DNA of 64,000 bases, taken from positions 768,001 to 832,000 of the forward strand of contig CAVYVF010000023.1 in NCBI GenBank assembly GCA_963771885.1, written 5' to 3'. Position 1 is the stretch's first letter. Each line of letters begins with the position of its first letter. The notes under the pieces were generated by a model. That model had not been told where the DNA came from. It ran no database searches and was given only the letters and a program-made list of their open reading frames with translations. The translations under genes were made by a program, and so were the position numbers. Positions 31,537-41,212 of this stretch are shown here, piece by piece. This stretch comes from Candidatus Bathyarchaeota archaeon. Lineage in GTDB: Archaea > Thermoproteota > Bathyarchaeia > TCS64.

Positions 31537-31998
31537 ATGGCGAACATTGACGCAATAAAGGAATTCGCGGAACTAGGCTTCACGAGGCTAGACGGCTCAC
31601 TGAAGGACCTCACCGAGGAACAACTCGACTGGACGAGCTGCTCACACGCAAACACGATCAGGAACATTCTGACGCACCTCATCAGCGAGTGGTATGGATT
31701 TGTTCCCAAAGTCATCGCTGGGGATAAGGACGCGAAGGTCAAGGGCGTAGCCGAGGGATACGTCGGAAACAAGGAGCTGAGCCTCGCGAAGATAATGACT
31801 GACCTTAAGGAGGGCAAGGAGCACCTCCGCTCGGAGCTTGGCAAGGTTAAGCAGGAGGATCTGGCTAAGGAGATGGATTGGTTCATGGGCAAGAAGCCCA
31901 GGGGCTTTTATCTCATGCTGGGGGTCAGCGAGATAATACATCACGAAGGCCAGATCGCCGCGATTCGGGGAGTCGAGAAGCGAATCAAGGGGCTCTAA
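31537..31998 (+). CDS. DinB family protein
   Basis: LTEEQLDW, NTIRNILTHL, HHEGQI. Confidence 0.8.
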   Translation: MANIDAIKEFAELGFTRLDGSLKDLTEEQLDWTSCSHANTIRNILTHLISEWYGFVPKVIAGDKDAKVKGVAEGYVGNKELSLAKIMTDLKEGKEHLRSELGKVKQEDLAKEMDWFMGKKPRGFYLMLGVSEIIHHEGQIAAIRGVEKRIKGL

Positions 31999-32224
31999 GA
32001 GACTCCACTTTTTCCTTTTTCCACGCGAGCATCCGAAGTTATGCTGGGCATAAGCCTATGTGTATGGGGCTGTTGCTTGGCGAGTGTATCTCCACTTCCA
32101 CCTATCAACATACGCGTATAACTGAAGACAATCCAATCCGAAAAGTAAGCAAAAAAACGTGGATAGAATACACACGCACATAAAACAAGAAAAAAATACC
32201 CCTCACCAAGGGGCTTACCTGGTT

Positions 32225-32497
32225 CTATGCCTTGAGCTTGCCGAGCTTCTCGTTAACGATCGCTAGCTTTCCCTCGAGGCGAGCCTTGACCGATTCGAGG
32301 AACTCAACTTCCTCATCGACGGTCAAAGAGGCAAAGTGCATCATCATGCGCTTATGCATCCAGTGACCACCGTGGTGGCCCCAGGGACCATGGTGTCCCC
32401 CACAGCCCACGTGCCGCTCATTGCCTTCGCAACACTCATTGCCTTGCTCTTCCGACTCTTCTCTAACTTCTGGCTTGTTTTCTTCACTCATCTTCAT
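32225..32497 (-). CDS. Small His/Gly/Cys-rich protein with C-terminal coiled coil (DUF5320-like)
   Basis: CC..CGGHHGPWGHHGGHW, then EEVEFLE...LE..L...L; overlaps the PadR stop. Confidence 0.65.
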   Translation of the reverse strand: MKMSEENKPEVREESEEQGNECCEGNERHVGCGGHHGPWGHHGGHWMHKRMMMHFASLTVDEEVEFLESVKARLEGKLAIVNEKLGKLKA

Positions 32498-32906
32498 TCA
32501 CTCCCTTGGTACCCTGGAAATGCTGCTTGTAGTAGGAGGCCAGGTCGTCCAAGAGGGCTTTGCGATGAAGCATTACCTTGAGACCATTCTCAAGGACCTC
32601 GGCGCCTAACGGCGTCACCGTATAGACCCGTCGGTCCACCCCCGTACCCTTCTCCTCCCACTCACTAGTAATTAGCCCGTGATGCTCCATCCTCCGTAGA
32701 ATAGTGTACACCGATCCCGCCTCAAGTCTGTCCCTCTTCAGGAATCCTCGAGTGTTAAGCTCCTCCATGATCTGATAACCATGCATCGGCTTCTCGTGAA
32801 TTAGACGTAGAAATAGGAACTGTGTCCAACCTCTCTCCGGGTTTGTTCTTATCATGTGGTGTCTGCAAGGGTGGTTTGTATTGCAGTCACTTCCAGAGTT
32901 ACACAT
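32484..32906 (-). CDS. PadR family transcriptional regulator
   Basis: PMHGYQIM, GSVYTILRRME..GLI.S.W, RRVY.VT..G. Confidence 0.92.
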   Translation of the reverse strand: MCNSGSDCNTNHPCRHHMIRTNPERGWTQFLFLRLIHEKPMHGYQIMEELNTRGFLKRDRLEAGSVYTILRRMEHHGLITSEWEEKGTGVDRRVYTVTPLGAEVLENGLKVMLHRKALLDDLASYYKQHFQGTKGVNEDE

Positions 32907-32913
32907 GGCGAAG

Positions 32914-32938
32914 TTATACGTAACAATGTTACATATAA
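32914..32938. promoter_or_regulatory. Putative PadR autoregulatory operator overlapping the TATA box
   Basis: TTATACGTAACA-A-TGTTACATATAA, an 11/12 inverted repeat 8 bp before the padR ATG. Confidence 0.65.
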
Positions 32939-32961
32939 ACCGTTCTCGCGCACGTAATTCA

Positions 32962-33179
32962 ACCTCTTCCTCACCGGAAAGAGAATCTTAGCATAGAAAA
33001 TCGTCTCCCCCTTAACCACCTCGAGTTTCTTCGAATAGATCTCCAACTAAGGACCAGACAACTCGAAACTCTTTTTCTCAATCCATCCATCAACGTCTCA
33101 AAGGTCTTTTTGAACTCGGTCCCCGGTCCTTTATGAGAGAAGATGCACACTTCCTTGCTGCCCTTTCTCGAATCTTTAC
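32962..33179 (-). pseudogene. Degraded GyrI-like effector-binding domain
   Basis: Stitched frames read SHKGPGTEFKKTFETLM/WIEKKSFELSGP*LEIYSKKLEVVKGETIFYAKILFPV; TAG at 33049-33047, frameshift near 33085, no N-terminus. Confidence 0.7.
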
Positions 33180-33234
33180 GCGCACGAGGGGGCATCCACT
33201 TAACCTTAAATCTCCCCGGGTTCAGGGAGACGAG

Positions 33235-33666
33235 ATGCTCCTCGAGGACTCCTTCACGGCGCGAGGCCACGCCAACATCCGCGCGACCCACGAGAAGACC
33301 ATAGAGGTCACCAGGGAGACGCACCTCACAACCCAGGGCGACTGTATCGCCGCCGTCGCCGCTGAGAAGGGGCTACGCGACCTCCCAAAAGAGATGAGGG
33401 AAGCTGCGAAACGCCCCGACTCCGTAATCTCGCTGAGCCTACGACTCGGTGACAGCGTCTTCACAACGACCGGTAGGGGGGATCCCGGAATCACTTGGGA
33501 CCACCCCACCGACATGGTGGCGAGGATGAGCGGCTACACCTGCCCCAGAACCCTCATGGTTACGCCGATAAGGCGACGATCCATATGCCCCGCAGCCTAG
33601 TACAGCAGCTGAAGAACCCCGATGCCGTCGTACAGGATTACTGTCACCATCGAGGTCCTCGGGTAA
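33235..33666 (+). CDS. DUF371 domain protein; frameshifts near 33560 and 33636
   Basis: ARGHANIRATHEKTIEVT.E.HLT..GDCI, RTL, ADKA, L...LKNP. Confidence 0.85.
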
Positions 33667-33769
33667 TACGATACCTATTTACAGCCCTAACCAAATTTAC
33701 GCGGCATGATCCCATCTTAATAGTATAACAATAACCTAAAAAATAAAGCTCACAGAGGATTAATACATC

Positions 33770-34018
33770 ATGACTGATATAGGGTCAGACCCATTCGGCT
33801 TCTTAGGGCATCTCGATAATGACACATTAATTATCATCGCGATTTGCATATTACTAATCTTCATTGAGATCGTCTTCGACAACCCCCTTTTATTGGTTGT
33901 AGGTTTGGTCGGCATCGTTGGGGCGATCGCCGTCCAAGCGTATAGGAATTATACTCGAAGAAAATCGCTCTACAAATACGATCCTGAAAAGGCCGCACCC
34001 ACCGGTGAATGGGATTAG
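33770..34018 (+). CDS. Small two-TM hypothetical protein
   Basis: Two hydrophobic helices and a basic tail. Confidence 0.6.
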   Translation: MTDIGSDPFGFLGHLDNDTLIIIAICILLIFIEIVFDNPLLLVVGLVGIVGAIAVQAYRNYTRRKSLYKYDPEKAAPTGEWD

Positions 34019-34100
34019 TTTCTCGTGGCTTCAGACCAGAGAACTGACGGAAGAACTAGAAAAAGGAATGAGTAGGGATCAATAAAATGCGAAAATGAGG

Positions 34101-34631
34101 TCATATTGAAACAGAACGTGCATAACCTACAAGCTCGGCGATGTTCTCCCTTCGCGTGCAGTCGAGAGGCTTCTCATAAGCCGCCAGCATTCCCTTCTCG
34201 TCAGGCGTCCTCTCCCTCTTCAGGCTAAGCCTAAGCCGCAGAAGCGTCATCAACACCTTGTTAACAAAGTCGAGCTTGGAATAGTCAAACCCTCCGCGGA
34301 GATAAAAGAACCTGATACCCTCCCGCTGCTGCGCGGTGAAGTTGGCGTCCCTCACCTCCTCGAGAAGCCCCTCCCGAGATGGGGAAGCGCCGACCATGAA
34401 GATAATGATCTTTTTCCCCGCGAGCCTCACGAGGTTATCCCTAATGAATGCAATCCCGTTGATTCCTGTAGCGTGGAGGCTCCCCCCAAACACGACCAGA
34501 TCGTAGCCGAGGAGCCGATCAAGGCTCACTTCCCTCGCATCGAATAGATCTGCCTTCAACTCCTCCGCGATCCACCCGGCGTACCTGCTCGTAAAGCCTG
34601 AGATCGACCTGTAAACGACGACAGTCTTCAT
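34101..34631 (-). CDS. Flavodoxin-domain protein (HemG-like)
   Basis: VVYRSISGFTSRYA.WIA, GGSLHA, FYLRGGFDY. Confidence 0.88.
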   Translation of the reverse strand: MKTVVVYRSISGFTSRYAGWIAEELKADLFDAREVSLDRLLGYDLVVFGGSLHATGINGIAFIRDNLVRLAGKKIIIFMVGASPSREGLLEEVRDANFTAQQREGIRFFYLRGGFDYSKLDFVNKVLMTLLRLRLSLKRERTPDEKGMLAAYEKPLDCTRRENIAELVGYARSVSI

Positions 34632-34673
34632 GAAATCTCAACTTTTCAGAAGACGTAAAAACGTTGTAGTCTA

Positions 34674-34919
34674 TTAAAGGCGTTCGAGGTAGAGGCACCC
34701 GCCGGCGCAGCTCGCCTTAATCTTATCGGCGAGTCCCCTGCGCTCGATTCTCTTACCGATCACGAGCGAGAGGTACGCGGCGCTCCTCTCAACACCGTCC
34801 ACCCTCATAACGGGGCTCCCCCGCTCCATGAACTGGTCAATCATGGCATCGTACTTGCTCCTTCGCGCCTTCCTACCCCTAGCCTTCTCCTCAACGGAGA
34901 CCAGCGTGAACTCATCCAA
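34674..34919 (-). CDS. Small basic protein, possible DNA-binding
   Basis: RGRKARRSKYDAMIDQF...AAYL...KRIE.RGL...LYLE; TTG start assumed. Confidence 0.65.
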   Translation of the reverse strand: MDEFTLVSVEEKARGRKARRSKYDAMIDQFMERGSPVMRVDGVERSAAYLSLVIGKRIERRGLADKIKASCAGGCLYLERL

Positions 34920-35289
34920 TAATATACACCTACCGGGAGTATGCGTCAACCACTATTTTACCCTTCACATTAATTCGATATAAACCGTCGATAAAATCAA
35001 AGTAAACATGCAGGTGCATCAACGATATTATTTTCGCTTTATGATATGCAACCTTCATAACGCTACCACCGATGTGCTCTACATCAAAACAATGATCCAG
35101 CCAACCCACATGAAAAATAGAAAGACACTAGCAGGGAATCCATTTCATGCCAGCCCAAATATATCCTATAAACGGGTTGTTTCAACCCCTTCACACGCAC
35201 CAAACCAGCCACCCGCGGCGACCCCAAGCACAGCTTAAATAATCAGCGAAGCAACCACCACACCAATTCCCCCCAAGGACCGTGCAAAG

Positions 35290-36105
35290 ATGTCTGGACA
35301 CGAAGACCTCCGGAAGATATCCCAGAAGATACGCGCAGACGTCCTCCGAGCCACATCGGAGGCGGGCTCCGGCCACCCCGGCGGCAGCCTAAGCGCCACC
35401 GACATACTCGTCACCCTCTACTGGAGGGTCCTAAAGCACGACCCAAAGAACCCCAAGTGGCCCGAGAGGGACAGATTCATCCTCAGCAAAGGCCACGCCG
35501 CCCCCGCCCTCTACACCGTCCTCGCCGAACAGGGCTACTTCCCAAAGGCCGAGCTTCACAACCTACGCGTCCACGGTAGCCTCCTCCAAGGCCACCCCGA
35601 TGCCACACGCACGCCAGGCGTCGAGGTCAGCAGCGGAAGCCTCGGCAACGGCCTCAGCATCGCATCAGGCATCGCCTCCGCGCTAAGAATCGACTGCAGC
35701 CCAAGCCGCGTCTACTGCCTCCTCGGCGACGGGGAGTGCGACGAGGGACTCGTCTGGGAGGCGGCAATGTTCGCCGCCCACCACCGCCTCGACAACCTAA
35801 CCGCCATCGTCGACAGGAACGGACTGCAGATCGACGGCCCAACCGAGAGGGTAATCGCCCTCGAGCCTCTCAGCGACAAGTGGGCCGCCTTCGGCTGGAA
35901 CGTCATAAAGGTCAGCGGCCACGACCACCAGAAGCTCCAGGAAGCCCTCGAGCAGGCAAAATGCACGACAGGCAAGCCAACAGTCATCATCGCAGACACC
36001 GTCAAGGGGAAGGGAGTCAGCTTCATGGAAGGCGTCGTCGGCTTCCACGGCAAGGCATGCACATCCGCAGAGCTTGACACCGCCTGCAGGGAACTGGAGG
36101 GATAA
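35290..36105 (+). CDS. Transketolase, N-terminal (TPP-binding) subunit
   Basis: SGHPGGSLS, DRFILSKGH, LQGHP, GSLGNG, GDGE..EG..WEA, TVKGKG. Confidence 0.95.
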   Translation: MSGHEDLRKISQKIRADVLRATSEAGSGHPGGSLSATDILVTLYWRVLKHDPKNPKWPERDRFILSKGHAAPALYTVLAEQGYFPKAELHNLRVHGSLLQGHPDATRTPGVEVSSGSLGNGLSIASGIASALRIDCSPSRVYCLLGDGECDEGLVWEAAMFAAHHRLDNLTAIVDRNGLQIDGPTERVIALEPLSDKWAAFGWNVIKVSGHDHQKLQEALEQAKCTTGKPTVIIADTVKGKGVSFMEGVVGFHGKACTSAELDTACRELEG

Positions 36106-36108
36106 ACT

Positions 36109-37044
36109 ATGAGTGCAAAAGCAACACGCGAAGCCTACGGCGAGTGGCTCGTCGAGACCGGTAAAACAAACAAGGACATAGTCGTCGTCGACGCCGACCT
36201 CGCCGAGTCAACGAAGACCATACTCTTCGCCAAGGCATACCCCGACAGATTCTTCGACGTAGGCGCCGCAGAGCAGAACCTCATAGACGTCGCAGCTGGC
36301 CTCGCAATCGGCGGTAAACGCGCCTTCGCCAGTAGCTTCGCCTACTTCCTCACCGGGCGCGCGTGGGACCAGATAAGAAACATCGTCGCCCACGACAACC
36401 TCAACGTGTGTCTAGTCGCAAGCCACGGCGGATTCTCCGCCGCCGCCGACGGCGCCAGCCACCTAGCGCTGCAAGACGTAGCGCTCATGCGAGTCATACC
36501 CAACATGCGCGTCGTCATCCCCGCCGACGCTGAGGAGACACGCAACGCACTCGACGCAGCAATCGCCTCGGGTGGACCATTCTACCTCCGCCTCCGCAGG
36601 GACAAGGAACCCATCCTCCAGAAGGGCTACAGATTCAAACTCGGCAGGACTGAAACGATGCGCGACGGCACCGACGTCACCATCGCCGCCTACGGCTCAA
36701 TGGTCGACGCCTCCCTCAAGGCAGCAGCCATCCTCAAGGAGAAGAAGATCGAGGCACGCGTCCTCAACGTCCACACAGTCAAGCCACTCGACACAGAGTC
36801 CCTAACCGCCGCTGCCAGGGCTACAGGCTCAGTCATCACGGTCGAGGACCACTCCATCCTCGGAGGCCTCGGCGGAGCCGTAGCTGAGGAACTCTCCGAG
36901 AGCTACCCCGTACCAGTCAAGCGCCTCGGCGCACCCGACGTCTACGGCGGATCGAGCAGGAACACAGACTCATTCCTCAAAGAGTTCGGCCTCACACCTG
37001 AGGGCATCGCCACCTCTGCGGAGCAGGTCTGCAGGCGCAGGTAG
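36109..37044 (+). CDS. Transketolase, C-terminal subunit
   Basis: ATREAYG, ADL..ST, G.AEQN, DGASH, YLRL, VKPLD, EDHSILGGLG. Confidence 0.95.
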   Translation: MSAKATREAYGEWLVETGKTNKDIVVVDADLAESTKTILFAKAYPDRFFDVGAAEQNLIDVAAGLAIGGKRAFASSFAYFLTGRAWDQIRNIVAHDNLNVCLVASHGGFSAAADGASHLALQDVALMRVIPNMRVVIPADAEETRNALDAAIASGGPFYLRLRRDKEPILQKGYRFKLGRTETMRDGTDVTIAAYGSMVDASLKAAAILKEKKIEARVLNVHTVKPLDTESLTAAARATGSVITVEDHSILGGLGGAVAEELSESYPVPVKRLGAPDVYGGSSRNTDSFLKEFGLTPEGIATSAEQVCRRR

Positions 37045-37084
37045 GCGCACACGTTTTTTAACCCCCTCCACCAAATCCAATCCC

Positions 37085-37447
37085 ATGTTCTGGCTCGAAG
37101 TCGACTTCAAGACCCAGACGGCGACCCTCCACAGGGACGACTGCATCCACATCAAGCCCGAGGCGACCGACCGCAAAGGCGTAAACACGATGAAGGAGGA
37201 CGGCGGCTGGCTCAGCTTCTCCTCCGTCGGCGAGGCGATGAGGTATCATAAGACACAGAGGCTCAACGGCGAGGTCCAGGCGTGCCTTCTCTGCAAACCA
37301 CTCAACCACATCGCTGACGTCGCGATGGCTGGCCTCGACATAAACACGCCACGGACAGGATGCGACGCCTGTGGCACACGAGTCGATGTCCTAGACACGA
37401 AGTCAAGCTACCGCCGACTGATAGACAGGCTCCTCGGACCAAAGTAG
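37085..37447 (+). CDS. Hypothetical Cys/His-rich (metal-binding) protein
   Basis: LHRDDCIH, CLLCKP, CDACG. Confidence 0.7.
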   Translation: MFWLEVDFKTQTATLHRDDCIHIKPEATDRKGVNTMKEDGGWLSFSSVGEAMRYHKTQRLNGEVQACLLCKPLNHIADVAMAGLDINTPRTGCDACGTRVDVLDTKSSYRRLIDRLLGPK

Positions 37448-38623
37448 CTACTCGACGCCGAGGACATCCCCTGCAAGAACGGCAAAGACGCGCGCCGCCT
37501 CCTCAACCTTACTCAAGGCGACGTGCTCGTCGGGCGTGTGGCTGAGCCGAGGATCGCCTGGGCCGTAGAGGACCGTCGGTATCTTCGCGTCCCTGACTAA
37601 CCAAGCGGCGTCCGTCCCCGCCGCCTTACCGAAGAGCTTCGGCCTGAAGCCGGTCCTAGCCTCGACGACCTTGACGAGGCTCTGCACGACTAAGGCATCG
37701 GGATTGACCTCCATAGGAGGCCACTCCTCCTGTACCTTAAATGAGGCGTCGATCGTCGGGTCCTTCGCCTTAGCCCTAGCGATAGCGTCCTCTATCTGCC
37801 TCCGCGCGAACTCAGGCGTCTCACTCGGAAGTATCCGCCTGTCAATCTCAATCCTGCACTGGTCCGGGATGACATTATTCTTGGTCCCGCCGCCTATCGT
37901 CGTGACACTAAGGACGGGCTGGGGAACGTCGAAGAGCGGGTTCCAGCCCTCGAGCTCGATCTCCTTAAGGGCAGTCATGATTGTGTGCATTTTATCGATG
38001 GCGTTTACACCAAGGTGAGGGCGTGACGCGTGGCTCCCCTTCCCCCTCGTAGTTATCTCGGCCCAGATGATGCCCTTGTGAGCAATCTCGACGCGGAGGT
38101 CCGTGGGCTCTGAGACAACCGCCATATCGGCCTTGAGGCCCCTCTCGATCAGGTGGCGGGTGCCCTTCACACTTCCAGTCTCCTCGTCAGCGACCGCCGT
38201 TATCAGCAGGTCGCCCTTGAGCCTTGCACCGGATTTGACAATCGCCTCGGCGGCGGCGACCATCGAGGCGACGCCCGACTTCATATCCGCCGTTCCGCGC
38301 CCGTAGAGCTTCCCGTCCACAATCTCGCCGCCGAATGGGTCCCTCGTCCACCCATTCCCCGCCGGCACCACATCGATGTGACCATTGTAGAGGAGCACTG
38401 GCGACCCACGTGTCCCCTTGAGGCGAGCGATGACGTTTGTACGCCCCACCTCCTTCTCGACCAGCTCCACGTCGAGGCCAAGTTCCCTCAGCTTATTGGC
38501 GACCACCTCGGCGCACCCCCTCTCCCCTCCGGGCGGGTTGACGCTAGCCTCCCTGATCATGTCCCTCAGCAGATCCCTGACTGACGACCCGTCGACGAAA
38601 TCAGCCAAACTCTTAGTGTCCAA
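37448..38623 (-). CDS. M20 metallopeptidase (ArgE/DapE family)
   Basis: NGHIDVVP, GRGTADMKSG, DEE, EPT, GTDA, HTPDE. Confidence 0.93.
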   Translation of the reverse strand: MDTKSLADFVDGSSVRDLLRDMIREASVNPPGGERGCAEVVANKLRELGLDVELVEKEVGRTNVIARLKGTRGSPVLLYNGHIDVVPAGNGWTRDPFGGEIVDGKLYGRGTADMKSGVASMVAAAEAIVKSGARLKGDLLITAVADEETGSVKGTRHLIERGLKADMAVVSEPTDLRVEIAHKGIIWAEITTRGKGSHASRPHLGVNAIDKMHTIMTALKEIELEGWNPLFDVPQPVLSVTTIGGGTKNNVIPDQCRIEIDRRILPSETPEFARRQIEDAIARAKAKDPTIDASFKVQEEWPPMEVNPDALVVQSLVKVVEARTGFRPKLFGKAAGTDAAWLVRDAKIPTVLYGPGDPRLSHTPDEHVALSKVEEAARVFAVLAGDVLGVE

Positions 38624-38691
38624 TTCCTCGCCCTCAGAAGTTTTAATCGATAAGCGTCCTCTATTAATAAAAAGTCGTTGAGGCGAGTGAC

Positions 38692-39360
38692 TTGGCTGAC
38701 GACGTTAAGATTCTAGGCATCGTAGGCAGCCCGAGGCGGGGCAACACGGAGATCCTTGTCAAAGAGGCGTTGAAGGCGGCGAGCGAGGTGGGGGGAGTTG
38801 AGACCGAGGTTCTCCACATATCGCCACTCAAGGTCCACCCATGCATCGCATGCTTCCGATGCTTCGATGAGAAGGACAGCCCGCGCGGCTGCCCGAGCTT
38901 CGACGATGACATGGAGAAGATTTACCCTAAGCTTGCGGGGTGCGACGGGCTGATAATCGCGAGCCCCGTCTACTTCGGCGGAATAACCGGGGAACTCAAG
39001 ACCATACTCGACCGCACAGAGCCCTTCGTCCGCTACGCCCGCACAGGGTACGGCGGAGGCCTTTCCAACAAGGTGGGCGGCGCCATCGCCGTCGGCTACA
39101 ACAGGAACGGCGGACAGGAGACGAGCATACAGATGATTCACAGCTACTTCCTCGTCCACGACATGATCGTCGTCGGATCGGGTCCCGCCGAGACACCTGG
39201 CTGCTACTACGGAGGCGGAGCGGTCACCCACCCGAAGAGGAGCAGGATACGCGACGCCGTTCTAGATGACGAGCTTGGTATAAGATCCTCGCGAGGACTC
39301 GGCAGAAAAGTCGCCGAGGTCGCTAAGATGGTGAAGGCAAGCCGAGCTAGCGTTTCTTAA
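38692..39360 (+). CDS. Iron-sulfur flavoprotein (NADPH-dependent FMN reductase family)
   Basis: GSPRRGNT, CIACFRC...C, SPVYFG, RNGGQE. Confidence 0.9.
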   Translation: MADDVKILGIVGSPRRGNTEILVKEALKAASEVGGVETEVLHISPLKVHPCIACFRCFDEKDSPRGCPSFDDDMEKIYPKLAGCDGLIIASPVYFGGITGELKTILDRTEPFVRYARTGYGGGLSNKVGGAIAVGYNRNGGQETSIQMIHSYFLVHDMIVVGSGPAETPGCYYGGGAVTHPKRSRIRDAVLDDELGIRSSRGLGRKVAEVAKMVKASRASVS

Positions 39361-40168
39361 GCCAAAACTCGGCGACATCCTTTCCGGTAGCGAACCAGAC
39401 CCCCGGATCGCTCCTCATCCTCCTGATCAGCCTCTCAAGCATCACCGTCCTAGATGGGCGACCAGTGATCTGGGGGTGCATCGTCAGCACGAAGCATAGC
39501 CCCTCGTCGTAGAAGCCGCTGTACTCCTGCTCCCAGATCGAGTAGACGTGGTTCGGGTCCGTGATGGTGCGCCCGACGAGGCGGGTGCTATAGAGGAAGT
39601 AGGGGGCGTCGTCCATGATCCAGCTCACGGGCAGCTCAACGAGAGGTATCTCCTCCCCGTCGAGGCTGTGGAGGTATGGGAGGTCGGCGTTCATCATGTT
39701 GCTCGTGTACTTGAACCCATTCTCCTTGAGTAGGCGGACCGTATGCGGGGTGAACTCCCAGCTGGGCGACCTGTAGCCAGCGGGGCGCTCCGGGGTGAAG
39801 TCTTTGATGAGTGAGAGCCCCTTCGCCATGATCGCCTTCTCCTCTTCCAGCGTTACGTTGTCGAGCCACTCATGGTGGTAGCCGTGGTGGCCGACCTCGT
39901 GCCCGTCGGCGACTATCGACTCGACTGCCTCGGGGTGCTTCTCCATCGCCCAGCCGGTGACGAAGAACGTCGCCTTTAAGTCGTACTTCTTAAGCAGCTT
40001 TAGTATCCGGGGCACGCCGGCCCGAGGTCCGTATTCGCCCTGTGAGAGGGTCACGGGTCTCTCGAGGTTCTTCGCATCGCGCGCAGTCCAAAGGGACTCG
40101 GCGTCGAGGTCGAAGCTGAGGACAACAGCCATCTTCTTGGATTCCGGCCAGACACCCAATGTAATCAT
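39347..40168 (-). CDS. Polysaccharide deacetylase (PuuE/PgdA-like)
   Basis: SFDLDAE, YGPRAGVPRIL, HEVGHHGYHH, GYRSP, MHPQITGRP. Confidence 0.9.
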   Translation of the reverse strand: MITLGVWPESKKMAVVLSFDLDAESLWTARDAKNLERPVTLSQGEYGPRAGVPRILKLLKKYDLKATFFVTGWAMEKHPEAVESIVADGHEVGHHGYHHEWLDNVTLEEEKAIMAKGLSLIKDFTPERPAGYRSPSWEFTPHTVRLLKENGFKYTSNMMNADLPYLHSLDGEEIPLVELPVSWIMDDAPYFLYSTRLVGRTITDPNHVYSIWEQEYSGFYDEGLCFVLTMHPQITGRPSRTVMLERLIRRMRSDPGVWFATGKDVAEFWLKKR

Positions 40169-40244
40169 GTGATTCTAGGCGGATTCAGTATAACAATCTG
40201 AGCATCGGGGCATCCATTTTATTGGCTCCCGTTACGAGATACAG

Positions 40245-41210
40245 TTGATTGCGTTGAAGATCGACTTTGGGCTTCAGATTGAGCCTCAGTTCGGCTACGA
40301 GTACTCATACCTGCGAGACGTTGCGAAGCGTGTGGAGGCAGCAGGCTTCGAGAGCATGTGGGCGAGTGACCACTTCCTCATACGCCCAGACGCTGTGGAC
40401 GTAGACTGCCTCGAGGCGTGGATGCTGCTGACGGCGCTCGCCGTTGAGACGGAGACGCTCCGCCTCGGCGCGATGGTGTCATGCCAGAACTACCGTAACC
40501 CCTGCCTCGCGGCGAAGATGGCGGCGACACTCGACAATATCAGCGGTGGTCGCCTATACTTCGGCGTAGGGGCGGGTTGGAAGGAGGTCGAGTACAAGGC
40601 GTACGGCTACGTCTTCCCGAGCCCCGGGGCGCGGGTACGTCAGCTCGACGAGGCGATCACCATCGCCAAAGAAATGTGGACGAAGCCACGCGCCAACTAC
40701 CAGGGCAAGTACTACAGCGTCAACGACTGCGTGGCGATGCCCAAACCCATACAGGACCCGCTCCCGATCCTGGTCGGAGGCACAGGCGATCAGGTGCTAA
40801 AGGTCGCCGCGAGGCACGCACAGCTGGTCAACTTCGCGTGGAACACAGACCTCAAGGTCTACGCTGAGCGACTCGGCGTCCTTGAGAATCACTGTAAGAA
40901 GCTGGGCGTAGACTACGGCTCAATACGCAAGTCCGCGGGGCTCCACCTAGCCTTGAAAGACGTCGAGGCGGGCGAACCCGCTCCATACGAGAGGTACTCG
41001 GGAGCTAAGAAGTGGGAGAGGAAGACCGCTAAGGAGGCGGCGGAGTTCGTTAATGGCTACGTCGACCTAGGAGTGAGCCACTTCGTCACCGTCTTCCCCT
41101 ACGGCTCCGAAGCGGAGTCGGCGGAGTACTTCATGGACGAGGTCGCACCCCTGATCACGGCACCCGAGGGACGGGAGAAAACGGAGCCGCAGGCACGCGA
41201 GAAACTCTAG
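40245..41210 (+). CDS. LLM-class (F420-dependent-like) oxidoreductase
   Basis: GFESMW.SDH, RNP..AKMAATLD.ISGGR, GAGW, ILVGG. Confidence 0.9.
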   Translation: MIALKIDFGLQIEPQFGYEYSYLRDVAKRVEAAGFESMWASDHFLIRPDAVDVDCLEAWMLLTALAVETETLRLGAMVSCQNYRNPCLAAKMAATLDNISGGRLYFGVGAGWKEVEYKAYGYVFPSPGARVRQLDEAITIAKEMWTKPRANYQGKYYSVNDCVAMPKPIQDPLPILVGGTGDQVLKVAARHAQLVNFAWNTDLKVYAERLGVLENHCKKLGVDYGSIRKSAGLHLALKDVEAGEPAPYERYSGAKKWERKTAKEAAEFVNGYVDLGVSHFVTVFPYGSEAESAEYFMDEVAPLITAPEGREKTEPQAREKL

Positions 41211-41212
41211 AG

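Noticed and set aside
32000..32224. Short ORFs and small hairpins between the DinB gene and the PadR operon
   Set aside because: No SD, codon bias or coherent fold; consistent with converging terminator tracts.
33047..33049. Pyrrolysine read-through of the in-frame TAG
   Set aside because: The same remnant has frameshifts and no start, and no pyl genes are in the window.
8755..33640. Programmed ribosomal frameshifting
   Set aside because: No X XXY YYZ slippery heptamers or shared context; shifts go in both directions in unrelated genes.
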